A DNA stretch of 64,000 nucleotides, taken from contig CAVWPA010000001.1 of assembly GCA_963756875.1 (NCBI GenBank), positions 1-64,000 on the forward strand, given 5' to 3'. Source of the DNA: an uncultured Verrucomicrobiae bacterium (GTDB lineage Bacteria > Verrucomicrobiota > Verrucomicrobiia > Chthoniobacterales > UBA10450). Positions 35,563 through 45,773 of this stretch are shown piece by piece (positions within the stretch are counted from its first letter, which is position 1; the number at the start of each line of letters is the position of its first letter). The notes under the pieces are model-generated. The model did not search any database. It saw nothing but the letters and a program-made list of their open reading frames with translations, and was not told where the DNA came from. Both the position numbers and the translations under genes were made by a program.

Positions 35563-36723
35563 ATGGAGCTGGACGCGGCCGCACTTCGCCAACGATTGGA
35601 GCCGTTGTTCCGGGAAAATTTCGAGAAGCTGGGCGATCTCGGCGCTGCGGTATCGGTTTGGCAAAACGGGGAACCGCTGCTCGATCTCTACGGCGGGTTT
35701 CGGGATGCGCGCCGGGAACATCCATGGAAGGACGACACGCTCGTTCTGATCTGGTCGGCGACCAAAGGACTTGGCAGCGCCTGTGTTTTGCACTTGTTAC
35801 AGGAGGGCGGCATCGAGCTCGACCGGCGAGTGGCGGAGTTTTGGCCGGAGTTTGGTCAGGCCGGCAAGGACGCGATTACGATTACGCAGTTGCTCTCTCA
35901 TCAGGCGGGGCTGGCTGCGCTGGACCGCCAGGTGGATGTGCTTAATTACGGTGCGGTGATTGAGGCGCTTGAAAAACAGGAGCCGAATTGGCCGCCGGGG
36001 ACCGCACATGGATATCATGCGCGGACTTTCGGATTCCTGCTCGATGAGCTGGTCCGGCGTATCGCGCAGGAGTCGTTAGGCGAATATTGGCGCCGGGTTT
36101 TTGCCGGACCGCTTCAGCTCGATCTTTGGATCGGGTTGCCTGAAAAGGAAAATTCGCGCGTGGCAACGATCTACGCAGCGAGGGGCGGCAAGGCGCCGGA
36201 GCCCAAACACCGCCAGTCCGGCTCGGACTTTTATTCGGATCTGGCTACGGGCGGCTCGTTTGTGCGCAAGGTTTTTACGTCACCCGGCGGATTGCGCGCC
36301 GTCAGCGCGATGAACAAGCCGGAGATTCGTGCGCAACCGCTCGTCTCGTTCGGCGGAATCGGCGGCGCGAACGCTCTTGCGAAATTTTATGCCATGCTGG
36401 CAAACTGCGGCGAACTCGACGGCCGGAGGTTTTTTTCCGAAAAGACCGTTGGTTGGATGAAGACGGTCCTGGCAGACGGCTTGGACCGTGTTTTTGGAAT
36501 ACCGACCGCGTTCTCAGCCGGCTTCATGAAAGATTCCAGGGACGCGCCGCGCCGAATTTTCGGAAGATCGATGTCTTCGTTTGGTCACCCCGGCGCGGGG
36601 GGCAGTCATGCCTTTGCCGATCCCGAGAACGGGATCAGTTTCGCGTACGTGATGAATCAGATGGAGCAATCGGTCTTGCCGAACGAGAAATCGTTGCGGC
36701 TGGTGGACGCGATTTACCGGTAG
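35563..36723 (+). CDS. Serine hydrolase (beta-lactamase-related esterase family)
   Basis: SATK (SxxK), LLSHQAGL, HGYH, FGHPGAGGS. Confidence 0.9.
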   Translation: MELDAAALRQRLEPLFRENFEKLGDLGAAVSVWQNGEPLLDLYGGFRDARREHPWKDDTLVLIWSATKGLGSACVLHLLQEGGIELDRRVAEFWPEFGQAGKDAITITQLLSHQAGLAALDRQVDVLNYGAVIEALEKQEPNWPPGTAHGYHARTFGFLLDELVRRIAQESLGEYWRRVFAGPLQLDLWIGLPEKENSRVATIYAARGGKAPEPKHRQSGSDFYSDLATGGSFVRKVFTSPGGLRAVSAMNKPEIRAQPLVSFGGIGGANALAKFYAMLANCGELDGRRFFSEKTVGWMKTVLADGLDRVFGIPTAFSAGFMKDSRDAPRRIFGRSMSSFGHPGAGGSHAFADPENGISFAYVMNQMEQSVLPNEKSLRLVDAIYR

Positions 36724-36781
36724 CTGTAGTGGCGGGCGTGTCGCCCGCGGGCCCGCGCTTCGCAGAGCAAAGCGGCTACAG
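36724..36781. repeat. GTAG REP doublet between convergent genes
   Basis: CTGTAGTGGCGGGCGTGTCGCCCGC ... GCGGCTACAG. Confidence 0.75.
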
Positions 36782-37195
36782 GCCGATAAGAGTGACCGAG
36801 ATTTTTCGCCGATGCGGGGCGCGTCGATGCTCAAAAAGGAAAATTCCCTGCCAGGTTCCGAGCTGCATTTTTCCATCTACGATCGGGATGGTTTCGCTGG
36901 TATGCGTCAGCGCCATGCGAATGTGCGACGTGCTGTCGTCTCCGCCTTCGATCGTGTGGACAAAGTAGTCCGAGTCTTCGGGTACAAGGCGCTCGAAAAA
37001 TTCTTCAAGGTCCTTTCGCGCTGTGGGGTCGGCGTTTTCCATGATCACCAGGCTGCAACTGGTGTGTTGCACGAAAACGGTAGCCAGGCCGTTGCGTAAT
37101 TTGCTTTGGTCGATCTTTTCCCGCACCTGGTCGGTGATTTCGTAGGTGCCTTTGCCGTTCGTTCGAACTTCGAATTCTTCGTGCTGCACGCGCAT
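36776..37195 (-). CDS. yjbQ: YjbQ (UPF0047) family protein
   Basis: HTSCSLVIMENADP, SHIR, LGTWQGIFLFEH. Confidence 0.9.
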   Translation of the reverse strand: MRVQHEEFEVRTNGKGTYEITDQVREKIDQSKLRNGLATVFVQHTSCSLVIMENADPTARKDLEEFFERLVPEDSDYFVHTIEGGDDSTSHIRMALTHTSETIPIVDGKMQLGTWQGIFLFEHRRAPHRRKISVTLIGL

Positions 37196-37279
37196 AGATC
37201 CCGGCACGAAATTAACATCGACAATCGAACTAGTCGCGCATTGATCTTTCGCTCATGCGATGGCCTAATTGAGTTATCG

Positions 37280-37825
37280 ATGCAAGAGGACCTCGAGCGC
37301 GTGTTGTTTGACGAGGGAACAATTCTGAACCGGCTCGACGAAATGGCCGCGCAAATCTCGAAAGATTATCGCGGCCGGGAGTTGACCGTGATCGCAGTCT
37401 TGAACGGCAGTCTGATGTTCATGGCCGATTTGCTGCGGCGAATTCCGCTGCCGTTGAAGCTGGATTGTCTGGGCGTGGCAAGTTATCACGGCAAAGCGGA
37501 AACCAGTGGCGAGGTGATCTTCAGACAAATCGCGCTGCCGGATCTGATGGACCGGCACATTCTTATTCTCGACGACATTCTTGATAGCGGTCATACGCTC
37601 GCCGCCATTCGCGAGAGATTGGAGACGGCCAAGCCGCGCAGCGTTCGCTGTTGCGTGTTGCTTAGCAAAAAGAAGACACGCGCGCGGCAGGTCGATGTCG
37701 ATTATGTTGGCTTTGAAATTGCCGATGAATTTGTGGTCGGCTACGGACTCGATTTTATGGAGCGCTACCGCAATCTTCCCTGCATCGGCGTGCTCCGGAA
37801 AGAATTGATCGCGCAACCAAATTGA
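37280..37825 (+). CDS. hpt: Hypoxanthine phosphoribosyltransferase
   Basis: LNGSLMFMADL, ILDDILDSGHTL, FVVGYGLD. Confidence 0.93.
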   Translation: MQEDLERVLFDEGTILNRLDEMAAQISKDYRGRELTVIAVLNGSLMFMADLLRRIPLPLKLDCLGVASYHGKAETSGEVIFRQIALPDLMDRHILILDDILDSGHTLAAIRERLETAKPRSVRCCVLLSKKKTRARQVDVDYVGFEIADEFVVGYGLDFMERYRNLPCIGVLRKELIAQPN

Positions 37826-38077
37826 TTGGCCGTGAAGGTGCACGTGCAATTTTATTCGCACCTGCGCGATCTGGCCGGCCCGCCGCAACTCGATCTCGAT
37901 CTGCCGGAACAGGCCACTATGGCCGATCTGTTGGAAAAGCTTTTTTCGCAAATTCCAGCGCTGCGCCGATATGAAAAAAGCATTCTGATCGGCGTCGGTG
38001 TCGATTTTGTCGATCGCAATTACAACCTGAAACCGGGCGACGAAATCTCGCTCATGCCGCCCGTGCAAGGCGGATGA
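37826..38077 (+). CDS. MoaD/ThiS-family sulfur carrier
   Basis: Ubiquitin-like size, C-terminal PPVQGG. Confidence 0.88.
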   Translation: MAVKVHVQFYSHLRDLAGPPQLDLDLPEQATMADLLEKLFSQIPALRRYEKSILIGVGVDFVDRNYNLKPGDEISLMPPVQGG

Positions 38078-38204
38078 GAAGCTCCAAGCACCAACATCCA
38101 ACCTCCATGGAAACTCCAATCATCAAATCTGGAGATGTTTGCCACCGACTTAGTGGTTAAAATTTTGAGCTTCTCTGGTGCTTGGAGATTGGTGCTTGGA
38201 GCTT
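38078..38204. repeat. Heptamer-ladder hairpin element
   Basis: AAGCTCCAAGCACCAACATCCAA left arm, TTGGAGATTGGTGCTTGGAGCTT right arm. Confidence 0.8.
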
Positions 38205-38210
38205 GAAACG

Positions 38211-38696
38211 TCAGTCTCTAAAATTCTTAAAATTTGTGGCAACGCCGAAATCGCGGCTGCGCACAAATTGAATCACCGCCTGTAGATCGTCCTTCTTTTT
38301 CCCGGTCACGCGAATCTGCCGGTCTTGCAGCTGGCTTTGCACCTTGAAACTTTGCGATTTGATGGCCTGGATGATTTCCTTCGCCTTGTTTCCCTCGAGC
38401 CCCTGTTGAATTTTCAATTCCTGCCGGGCATGTCCGGTCGATGAAATGTCAGGCTCGACCTGCTCGATGTTGCGGAGATCGACGCCGCGTTTGGACAATT
38501 TTCCGACAACGATCTCGCGCAGTCCTCGCAAGCGCGTCGCGTCCTCGGCGATCAGCGTGATTTTGTCCTTTTCCTCGACGATCTCAAGGTGAGCGCCTTT
38601 GAAATCGAAACGGGTAACGATCTCTTTGCGCGCCTGATTGAGCGCATTGTCGATTTCCTGCGTGTCCACTTCGGAAACGATGTCGAATGAAGGCAT
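38211..38696 (-). CDS. yajQ: YajQ family nucleotide-binding protein
   Basis: MPSFDIVSEVD, RFDFKG, RVTGKKKDDLQ, NFRD. Confidence 0.95.
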   Translation of the reverse strand: MPSFDIVSEVDTQEIDNALNQARKEIVTRFDFKGAHLEIVEEKDKITLIAEDATRLRGLREIVVGKLSKRGVDLRNIEQVEPDISSTGHARQELKIQQGLEGNKAKEIIQAIKSQSFKVQSQLQDRQIRVTGKKKDDLQAVIQFVRSRDFGVATNFKNFRD

Positions 38697-38767
38697 TTGA
38701 GAATTGCGGATTGTAGGGCGCGGACTTCGGATTGATCAAACAGTTTCGCCTTGGAAGGCGTCTGGCT

Positions 38768-39553
38768 TCAGGGATTTGCTTCCACAACATCAATGTTGCC
38801 GTTTTGAGCGTGAATTTTCATTTCGGCAGTGGGAGCTTTCTCTGACATCATATCGATCTTTTGCGCCGCCGATTCGGTTCGCTCCTCCTGCTCGGCGAAA
38901 TCATTGGCGATTCGTCCAGCCGGACTTTTCGCGACAATGTGAAACGATGCGTCTCCGGGCATCGTTACCGAGGCATTTCCATTTTTGATCTTCGCCTCAA
39001 GGGAGAATTTTCGCTGTTCCCACCAATCGTAAATAACGGCAAGCGCTCCGGTGCCGACCTGGAGGTATGTATTCGCGAAACAATTCCGACCGAGAAACCG
39101 CCCGCTCCCAAGGGTGGCGTGGACGTCGCCGCCTTCCATGCCCGTAACCAGTATCTCGCCCTGATCCAATTCCAATCGCGATATCGTGGCGGTGGCGGGA
39201 ATGACTACGACGTAATCGACCGTGCCTGAGCGGTCGGAAAGACTCCACGTCCTGTTTGGCGGAAACGTGGTTGTGATAGAGGCCGAATCTGGGCGCGCAT
39301 CAACGTTGACCGCAATGCCGTTCATTCGCGACCGCGTGTATGCCTTTGTTGTCGCTTCCACGTAAAGCTCCGGCTGATCCGAACCGTAAACCCGGATTGA
39401 GCCATCCCGGTTTGTGATGCTGATGCGTGCGTCAGGATCGATGCGGTGCGTTTGCTCGACAGTCCGTTCCAGCGGTTCGCTCGATCCACCGCATCCACAA
39501 AGCAACGCGCATAACGGCAAAATGAGCCACTCCCGGCGCGCGCTTCCGGTCAT
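38768..39553 (-). CDS. DUF4097-like beta-strand repeat lipoprotein
   Basis: LLCGC lipobox; ISITNRDGSIRV, VDYVVVIP, NGNIDV. Confidence 0.7.
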   Translation of the reverse strand: MTGSARREWLILPLCALLCGCGGSSEPLERTVEQTHRIDPDARISITNRDGSIRVYGSDQPELYVEATTKAYTRSRMNGIAVNVDARPDSASITTTFPPNRTWSLSDRSGTVDYVVVIPATATISRLELDQGEILVTGMEGGDVHATLGSGRFLGRNCFANTYLQVGTGALAVIYDWWEQRKFSLEAKIKNGNASVTMPGDASFHIVAKSPAGRIANDFAEQEERTESAAQKIDMMSEKAPTAEMKIHAQNGNIDVVEANP

Positions 39554-39582
39554 GTAGCGGTTCCGATTAATTCAACCTTGCC

Positions 39583-39879
39583 TCAGAAATAACCGAGCAC
39601 GCGCATGAAGTCGAAAGCCGCAGCGGCGCCGATGCCGATGGCGAGTGCCGATGTGGCGATGATGGCGATGAAGACCGCCGCTTCACCGATGAAGGTGTAT
39701 CGCGCTTCGTTCTGAAAATAATCGCGACTGATGTTGCGAAAGGAAGGGGAAGGAGCGCCGGCGCAATGCCCGCCGTAAAAGTAGGAAGAGGCCTGAAAAT
39801 TGCAGTCGATGACCGGCACCCGCTGCCCGGGCCGGACGCCGTTACGCAGCGCCTGGCCTGGAAGAGAAGATGGCTTCAT
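39583..39879 (-). CDS. Small hypothetical membrane protein (paralog of 52333-52647)
   Basis: MKP...IDCNFQ...FRNISRDYFQNEAR...C-terminal TM helix. Confidence 0.7.
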   Translation of the reverse strand: MKPSSLPGQALRNGVRPGQRVPVIDCNFQASSYFYGGHCAGAPSPSFRNISRDYFQNEARYTFIGEAAVFIAIIATSALAIGIGAAAAFDFMRVLGYF

Positions 39880-39978
39880 ATGTTGTTTGTTTGTTTCCTT
39901 TGAGATGCGTTCAATCTCAGCCGTTGGATTCAATTTTTCAATTGGTCGCTTTGTCTCTGACAATATAGCGGGGAGAGC

Positions 39979-41515
39979 TCAAACCCACAGCGTGCGGTCA
40001 AATGTGCGGTATTGAATGGCTTCGCTGACGTGCTCCGGAGAAATGTCGTCGTTGCCGGCCAGATCGGCGATCGTGCGCGAGACTTTCAGAATGCGATCGT
40101 AAGCGCGCGCGCTGAGATTTAATTCGTTCATCGCGACGCGAATCAGATCGTGCGAGTCGGCGTTCAGTTTGCAATGCTGTTTGAGATGCTTTGTAGTCAT
40201 CCGCGCGTTGCAGTTTGTCTTCGCGTCTTTCTCAAACCTCTGCAGCTGACGGTCGCGTGCGAAAGCGACCCGCTTGCGAATGGAAGCCGAATCTTCCTCC
40301 ACGCGTTCGCTGGCCACGTCGCGATACTCGACTGCCGGCACTTCGATGTGCAGATCGATGCGGTCGAGCAGCGGCCCGGAAATCCGCTGACGATAACGCT
40401 GCACCTGCACCGGGCTGCAGCGGCATTCCCGTTTTAGATCGCCGAAATAACCGCACGGGCAAGGGTTCATGGCCGCCACCAGCATGAACTCGGACGGAAA
40501 CGTGAGGCTGCCAGCCGCGCGAGAGATTGTTACCCTTCCATCTTCCAACGGCTGGCGCATCACTTCGAGCGCCGACCTTTTGAACTCGGGCAGTTCGTCG
40601 AGAAAAAGCACGCCGTTGTGGGCGAGGCTCACTTCGCCGGGATTGGGAAACGTTCCGCCGCCGAGCAGGCCGATATCGCTGATCGTGTGATGCGGCGAGC
40701 GGAACGGTCGCGTCGAAACGAACGATTTTTCGCTGTCGAGCAGGCCGGCGATGCTGTGGATTTTCGTCGTCTCGATCGCTTCTTCCAGTGAGAGCGGCGG
40801 GATGATGGTGGCGATGCGTTTGGAAAGCATCGATTTGCCGGAACCGGGCGGACCGATCATGAGAATGTTGTGGCCTCCGGCGACCGCCACCTCGATCGCC
40901 CGCTTGACGTGCGCCTGGCCTTTTACATCGCTAAAATCGACATCGTAATCCTGATGCGTCGCGAAAAATTCCGTGAGATCGCCGCGCGTGGGCAGCAAGG
41001 GGACCTCGCCCCGGATAAACTGAAATGTTTCGCGCAGATTGTGCACGCCGTAGATGTCGATTTTTTCCACCATCGCGGCTTCGCGGGCGTTGGCCGCGGG
41101 AACGAACAAGGCACGTTTGCCGCGTTTCCGCGCTTCCGAGCGCAACCGGCAGGACGCCTTTGACCGGCCGCACCGCGCCATCGAGCGCCAGCTCACCGAC
41201 AAAGGAAAAATCTTCGAACGGTTTGCTATCGATCCCTTCTGTCACGGAAATCATTCCCAATGCAATCGGCAGGTCGAAACTGGGGCCTTCTTTCTTAATG
41301 TCCGCCGGGGCGAGATTCACGGTGGTCCGTCCGCGTGGCCAGTAGTAACCGCTGTTTGCAACTGCGGTGGTCACCCGGTCCCTGCTTTCTTTCACCGCCG
41401 CGTCCGGCAGCCCGACAACGACAATGGCTGGATCCCCGCCTGCGCCGTTTACTTCGATCTCGATCTCGTAGGCATCTACCCCGTAAACGGCAGCCGAATA
41501 AATTTTAGCGAGCAT
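39979..41515 (-). CDS. comM: ComM/YifB Mg-chelatase-like AAA ATPase, one frameshift near 41140
   Basis: [57 protein letters not shown]. Confidence 0.92.
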
Positions 41516-41834
41516 CGTCGGTATTAGGTTGTCAAAGATAAGAGAGGAGGAAAAGAGACAACGAGAAAATGTGGCAAATTTGGAGATTTGACGCGTTTTT
41601 TTGGCTTTAAAATCGAAGCCCTTGACAACTCCGGAGGCACGACACCGATGAGGTTGATCTTGAGGCGCTTAACTCACCAGATTAAAAAGATTGAACAGGA
41701 GGCGTTCGGGGCCTGTCATACAACGAAATATTTAACCTTGTTAACTAGTTAAAGAATGCTAAAAAGTGTGGTCGAAGAGGCGCTGGCAGACGGTCCTGCC
41801 GGCAATCAGTTGACCCAACCCCCAGTTTTATCTC

Positions 41835-42704
41835 ATGAAGAAAGGCTATATGGCCGCTGAAGATAGCGATACAGGAATTAAAATTTATTTGCGCGAGATC
41901 GGGCAAATCCCGCTCTTGACGCCGCAGCAGGAGATTGAGCTCGCCGCCAAGATCAAGAAAGGCGATCGGGAGGCGCGCGCGCTCATGATTCGGTCCAACC
42001 TGCGTTTGGTCGTCAAGATTGCGCACGACTACGCCAATCTCGGGCTGCCGTTGCTCGATTTGATCTCGGAAGGCAACATCGGTTTGATGAAGGCGGTCGA
42101 ACGCTTCGATCCTGCCAAGGGCGGCAAGCTGAGCACTTACGCCGCGTGGTGGATCAAGCAGTCGATCAAGCGCGCCCTGGCCAACCAGAGCAAGACGATC
42201 CGCCTGCCTGTCCATCTGGTGGACAAAATCTCCAAGATGCGCCGCGTTTCGCTGCAGATGAGCGAGGAACTCGGCCGCGAGCCGACCGACGAGGAACTCG
42301 GCGAGGAAATCGGAATTGCGAGCGGAAAAGTTTCACAACTTAAAACCGTGTCGATCCGGCCCGCCTCACTCGATGCGCCCATCAGCGACGATGATTCGAC
42401 CGAGTTTGGCGAAATCGTCGGTGACGAGGAAGCCCAGACGCCGTTTGAGCTCTTGCGGGACAAAAATTTGCGCAACGAGGTCGGAGGCTTGCTCGATGTC
42501 CTCGACGATCGCGAGAAGAAAATCATCTTCCAGCGGTTCGGGCTCGATGGCGGCAAACCGAAGACGCTCGAGGAAGTCGGCAAGAAATTTGGTGTGACCC
42601 GCGAGCGCATTCGCCAGCTGCAAAACATTGCGCTTTCGAAGCTGCGTCGCGCGCTTGGCAAAAAAGAGCGCCCGGTGGACGTCGAATTGCCGGTCGAAGC
42701 GTAA
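41835..42704 (+). CDS. RNA polymerase sigma-70 factor, RpoD/RpoS family, lacking region 1.1
   Basis: YLREIG, NLRLVVKIA, EGNIGLMKAVERFD, STYAAWWIKQ, TRERIRQL. Confidence 0.92.
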   Translation: MKKGYMAAEDSDTGIKIYLREIGQIPLLTPQQEIELAAKIKKGDREARALMIRSNLRLVVKIAHDYANLGLPLLDLISEGNIGLMKAVERFDPAKGGKLSTYAAWWIKQSIKRALANQSKTIRLPVHLVDKISKMRRVSLQMSEELGREPTDEELGEEIGIASGKVSQLKTVSIRPASLDAPISDDDSTEFGEIVGDEEAQTPFELLRDKNLRNEVGGLLDVLDDREKKIIFQRFGLDGGKPKTLEEVGKKFGVTRERIRQLQNIALSKLRRALGKKERPVDVELPVEA

Positions 42705-42755
42705 AGTGGCGTGGGCTTCCAGCCCATGATTATCGGCAAGATGCCGATGCCGCTT
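42705..42755. repeat. Palindromic repeat between convergent genes
   Basis: AGTGGCGTGGGCTTCCAGCCCATG ... GGCAAGATGCCGATGCCGCTT. Confidence 0.6.
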
Positions 42756-44159
42756 TTATTTGATCGTCCGCAGCTGTACGGTATCGACCAGTGTTTTGCC
42801 GGCGAGCAGGTCGGTGATAATGACGAGATTGTCGCCGGACGCCGCAAGGCGGTGATTGCGCAAAAATGTTTCCGCGGCATCGATGGTAACATTGGGATCA
42901 TCGGTGAATTCAATGCGCACCGGGTAAACGCCCCAGCACAGAGATAGTTGTCGCCGCACTTCTTCGCTCGGCGTGAAAGCGAAGATCGGCGCGTGCTCGG
43001 GACGCAGGTTCGACACATATCGCGCCATCCTGCCGTGCCGCGTAAAAGCGATCAGTTTCGATTGGCGCAGCGAATTGGCCAGAACGACAGCTGAAGCTAC
43101 CGTCTTCTGACGCGCGGTTTCGAGCACCACGCCTTCAGCGTACCCCGCGCCGCCACTGCGCTCGATCCGGACCGCCACGCGATTCATGACCTCGACGCAT
43201 TCGACCGGATAGCGGCCCACCGTCGTTTCGCCGCTTAACATGATGGCGTCCGCCTGCTCGAACACCGCGTTCGCAACATCGGTAATCTCGGCCCGCGTCG
43301 GCAGCGGATTCGAAATCATCGATTCGAGCAACTGCGTCGCTACTACCACCGGTTTGCCAAAGCGAATGCAACTCTTCACAATCCGCCGTTGAATGATCGG
43401 CAACTCTTCCATCGGGCATTCAATACCGAGATCGCCGCGCGCAACCATGATTGCATCCGCGCCCGCAATCATTTTGTCGATCGAACGAACCGCGAGTTGA
43501 TCCTCGATCTTGGCCACGATCAGCGCCTTGCTTTTCCTTTTGGCCAACAGTTTGCGCAACTGATCAATATCGCTCTTTTCGCGGACAAAACTCAAAGCCA
43601 CAAAATCGACCCCCAGCTCCACGCCGAGCGCAACATCAGCAATGTCCTTTTTCGTCAACGGTGGAAGGTTCACCCGCACGCCGGGCAGATTAATATGACG
43701 CCGCGAACCGAGTGTAGCGCGTGTCAAAACTTTGCAGCGCACGCGGTTCTTTCCCTTTTCCAGCACGAGCATCTTGATCAGGCCGCTGTCCACCAGGATC
43801 GTGTTGCCCACCGTCAGGTCATCGACGAACCCGTCGTAATTTACATCCACCGAGAAGCGCTCTTTGCTCTTCGCGCCCCGCACGGTGAATTCGAGAATGT
43901 CGCCCGGCTTCAAATAAAGGTTCGTTTTCACGTCGCCGGTTCGAATGGCAGGGCCTTGCGTGTCGAGCAAAATTCCGACCGGCCGCGCCTGCTCATCGGC
44001 CAGCTTTCGAATGAGCGGTACAATCTCGCGGACCCATTCGTGCGTCGCATGGCTCATGTTTAAACGAAAGACGTCCGCGCCGTTTGCGATCAATTGCGCC
44101 AGCATCTCCGGTTTCTCGGTGGCCGGCCCAAGCGTGCAGATGATTTTCGTCTTGCGCAC
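42756..44159 (-). CDS. pyk: Pyruvate kinase
   Basis: RKTKIICTLGPAT, VARGDLG, ATQLLESM, MLSGET. Confidence 0.96.
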   Translation of the reverse strand: MRKTKIICTLGPATEKPEMLAQLIANGADVFRLNMSHATHEWVREIVPLIRKLADEQARPVGILLDTQGPAIRTGDVKTNLYLKPGDILEFTVRGAKSKERFSVDVNYDGFVDDLTVGNTILVDSGLIKMLVLEKGKNRVRCKVLTRATLGSRRHINLPGVRVNLPPLTKKDIADVALGVELGVDFVALSFVREKSDIDQLRKLLAKRKSKALIVAKIEDQLAVRSIDKMIAGADAIMVARGDLGIECPMEELPIIQRRIVKSCIRFGKPVVVATQLLESMISNPLPTRAEITDVANAVFEQADAIMLSGETTVGRYPVECVEVMNRVAVRIERSGGAGYAEGVVLETARQKTVASAVVLANSLRQSKLIAFTRHGRMARYVSNLRPEHAPIFAFTPSEEVRRQLSLCWGVYPVRIEFTDDPNVTIDAAETFLRNHRLAASGDNLVIITDLLAGKTLVDTVQLRTIK

Positions 44160-44260
44160 GCTGAAGAGAATTCAGTGTGGCGACGCAAAAGCAAAGCGCT
44201 TTTGTTGCTCAAAACCAACAGGACACCTCTTCTACCGGGGTCGGCGACCCCGGCTGCAAC

Positions 44261-45677
44261 TTATGCCTGCGATAATCCCTGTCCGTAGGAACTTTCCACG
44301 CGTTCCGCCACATCTTTGTAGCCGTAGTCCGCTTCGTAGATTTGCTTCATGCAATTGAGCGACTTTTCGTGTTCGCTCATTTGATCGAAAACCAGGCCAA
44401 GATTGTAGACGATCTCCTTCTTCATTGCGTCCATCGACAGGATCTCCTTTGCCGCGCCTTCAAATTGCTTCATCGCCAGATCAAGCATGCCGAGCTCGCG
44501 ATAACAAAGTCCCAGCAGGTTCATCGCTTTCAGGCGCGCATTGGGATTTTGCCGCGCCCTCTGCAACTCGGGCAGCGCCTCGCGATAATTCCCCGCGTTC
44601 ATCAGATGCTGGCCAAGCTCGAACCGCAATTGCAAATCGGTTGGGTTGTGCTCCACGCGTTTCTGCGCTTCGTCGATTAACATTTCGGCCCGCTTCTTTT
44701 TCGCTCCCTTCAGTTCCTCGGCGCGCTTCGCGCAGGAAGGATCGTCCGGGCGATGGCTCGCCAGAAACTCTTCGTGCGCGGCGATTTCCTGCTCGGCCCG
44801 TTTCATTTTTAAATCGGAGACTTTCCGCACAAGCCCGGTGTCGCTGCCACTCGTTAAGTCCGCTGCGTACTGATACCACTGGATGGCGGACTCGAGGTCC
44901 TCCTTCTGTTCGTTCAATGTCCCCAGGCGACGGGCCAGATCGACATTTCGCGGCTCGGCCTGATGCCGCGCATAGGTTTCCTCGAGTTGTTGATCGAGCG
45001 ATTCGCCGCTTAAATGGCCGCGGGCCTTGCTGCTCGAGCGAAATGGCGGCTTGTTTGTCCTTGATCAAATCGCGATAACTTTCCGCCTGGGTCCATCCGC
45101 CGGTTTTCATGGAAGCGCGCGCCGAGGCATCTTTTCCCAAACGCAACGCTGCCGCGTCCAGGGGATCGATTTCCACGATGCGATTATAAACTTCGACCTC
45201 TTCGTCACTTTGACCCATCTCATGATGTAACTGTCCCAACTCGTTCAGCACCTTCACGTCGCGCGCGTTCTCTTCCAGGAGCGTCTGCAACGCGAAGACA
45301 CCGATTTCGGGCCAGCCGGCCGCAACGGCCGCCTCTTTTAACACCAGGTTCCCTTGTCGATGGAACGGCTCGTCTTCCAAAACCTTTTCAATCATTTCCA
45401 CGGCCCGCTTCGGATCCTTCTTGATTTCGCGTTGCGCTTTCATCACCGCGAGCGGCGCCGTCGATATGTTGAAGAAACTCTTCTTGGTCGCTCGATGTTT
45501 GGTTATCTCGGTGCGTCGCAGCAGTTGCCGGCCGGTGAGGAACTCCGGTTCCCGCTTCAAGATTCCCTGCAACAGCGAGATGGCGTATCCGAAATTGCGC
45601 AACTCAATCGCCGCCACCGCCTTGAGCCAGTGGCTGTGCTGCGTTTCGGTGAGCTCTTTTTCGGTCTTAACAGCCAT
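44261..45677 (-). CDS. TPR-repeat protein, one frameshift near 45030
   Basis: Two consecutive helical-repeat ORFs join into one; ends IYEADYGYKDVAERVE. Confidence 0.8.
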
Positions 45678-45773
45678 TCCAAACTTATTCTACCACTTTG
45701 TTTTTCGAGGCGAAGTCGCTCGCCGCCGAAGCCTTGCGACTGCGGGCGAAGTTGGGGGAGGAATTCCCTGCTG

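Noticed and set aside
35563..36723. Antibiotic-resistance beta-lactamase
   Set aside because: Motifs fit the broad esterase/serine hydrolase family, with no signal peptide or mobile context
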